17,913 nucleotides of DNA. Origin: Abditibacteriaceae bacterium. GTDB taxonomy: Bacteria; Armatimonadota; Abditibacteriia; Abditibacteriales; Abditibacteriaceae. Under the pieces are notes generated by a model. The model made no database searches, was not told the origin of the DNA, and was given only the letters and a program-made list of their open reading frames with translations. The position numbers were made by a program, and so were the translations under genes. The stretch covers positions 1 through 17,913 of the forward strand of contig JANPJS010000257.1 in the NCBI GenBank assembly GCA_031425655.1, read 5' to 3'. Of the stretch, positions 17,650 through 17,913 are shown one piece after another. Position 1 is the stretch's first letter, and every line of letters starts with the position of its first letter.

Positions 17650-17867
17650 GAGGCTGTCTGAGAATAGCTATCAATCCTGAGTTGAGCCGCTTTCAATAGG
17701 ACGCGGAGCTTCGCTTCGCGGACGTTGTGCGCTGATTTTCGCTGATTCCGTTCGTTAAAACCGCGCCTTCAAAGCCGTTTCGGGCGCCCTCTGGGCAGGA
17801 CAGCGAAGCTCCGCGTCCTATTGAAAAGTCTTCGATTTGAGGCTTTGACGAATTCTCAGACAGCTTC
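17650..17867. mobile_element. MITE (218 bp) with IS5-family/IS1031-like ends and a 3 bp TGA target duplication
   Basis: TIRs gaggctgtctgagaat (17650-17665) and attctcagacagcttc (17852-17867), 15/16 match. TGA on both flanks (17647-17649, 17868-17870). No transposase ORF. Confidence 0.75.
17691..17826. repeat. Nested 25 bp perfect inverted repeat (REP-doublet/REPIN-like)
   Basis: tttcaataggacgcggagcttcgct (17691-17715) and agcgaagctccgcgtcctattgaaa (17802-17826). Confidence 0.8.
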
Positions 17868-17913
17868 TGAGATTTTAATGGGAAATAATTAAAGCGAAGA
17901 ATTAACTCACCTT

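Overview
Bacterial chromosomal window, GC-rich overall. The DUF1559 prepilin signature suggests Armatimonadota/Abditibacteriota (inference). In order: the end of a pectin/rhamnogalacturonan utilisation cluster (PL11 lyase plus two SGNH acetylesterases); a pair of small coiled-coil genes; a visibly AT-richer 3.1 kb segment with a small membrane protein and a convergent Ser/Thr kinase carrying two tandem beta-helix modules; gltBD on the minus strand; a free-standing I-Ssp6803I-like PD-(D/E)XK nuclease gene abutting tRNA-Pro(GGG); a Tat-exported alkaline phosphatase/NPP-family gene; a DUF1559 prepilin-like gene; and a 218 bp MITE with a nested REP-like doublet. The most unusual signals are: (1) near-identical 40 bp palindromic elements that bound the AT-rich kinase segment exactly; (2) an attenuator-like gltB leader with a 28-aa uORF; (3) a tRNA promoter built into the nuclease stop codon; (4) a possibly pseudoknotted structured region upstream of the prepilin gene.
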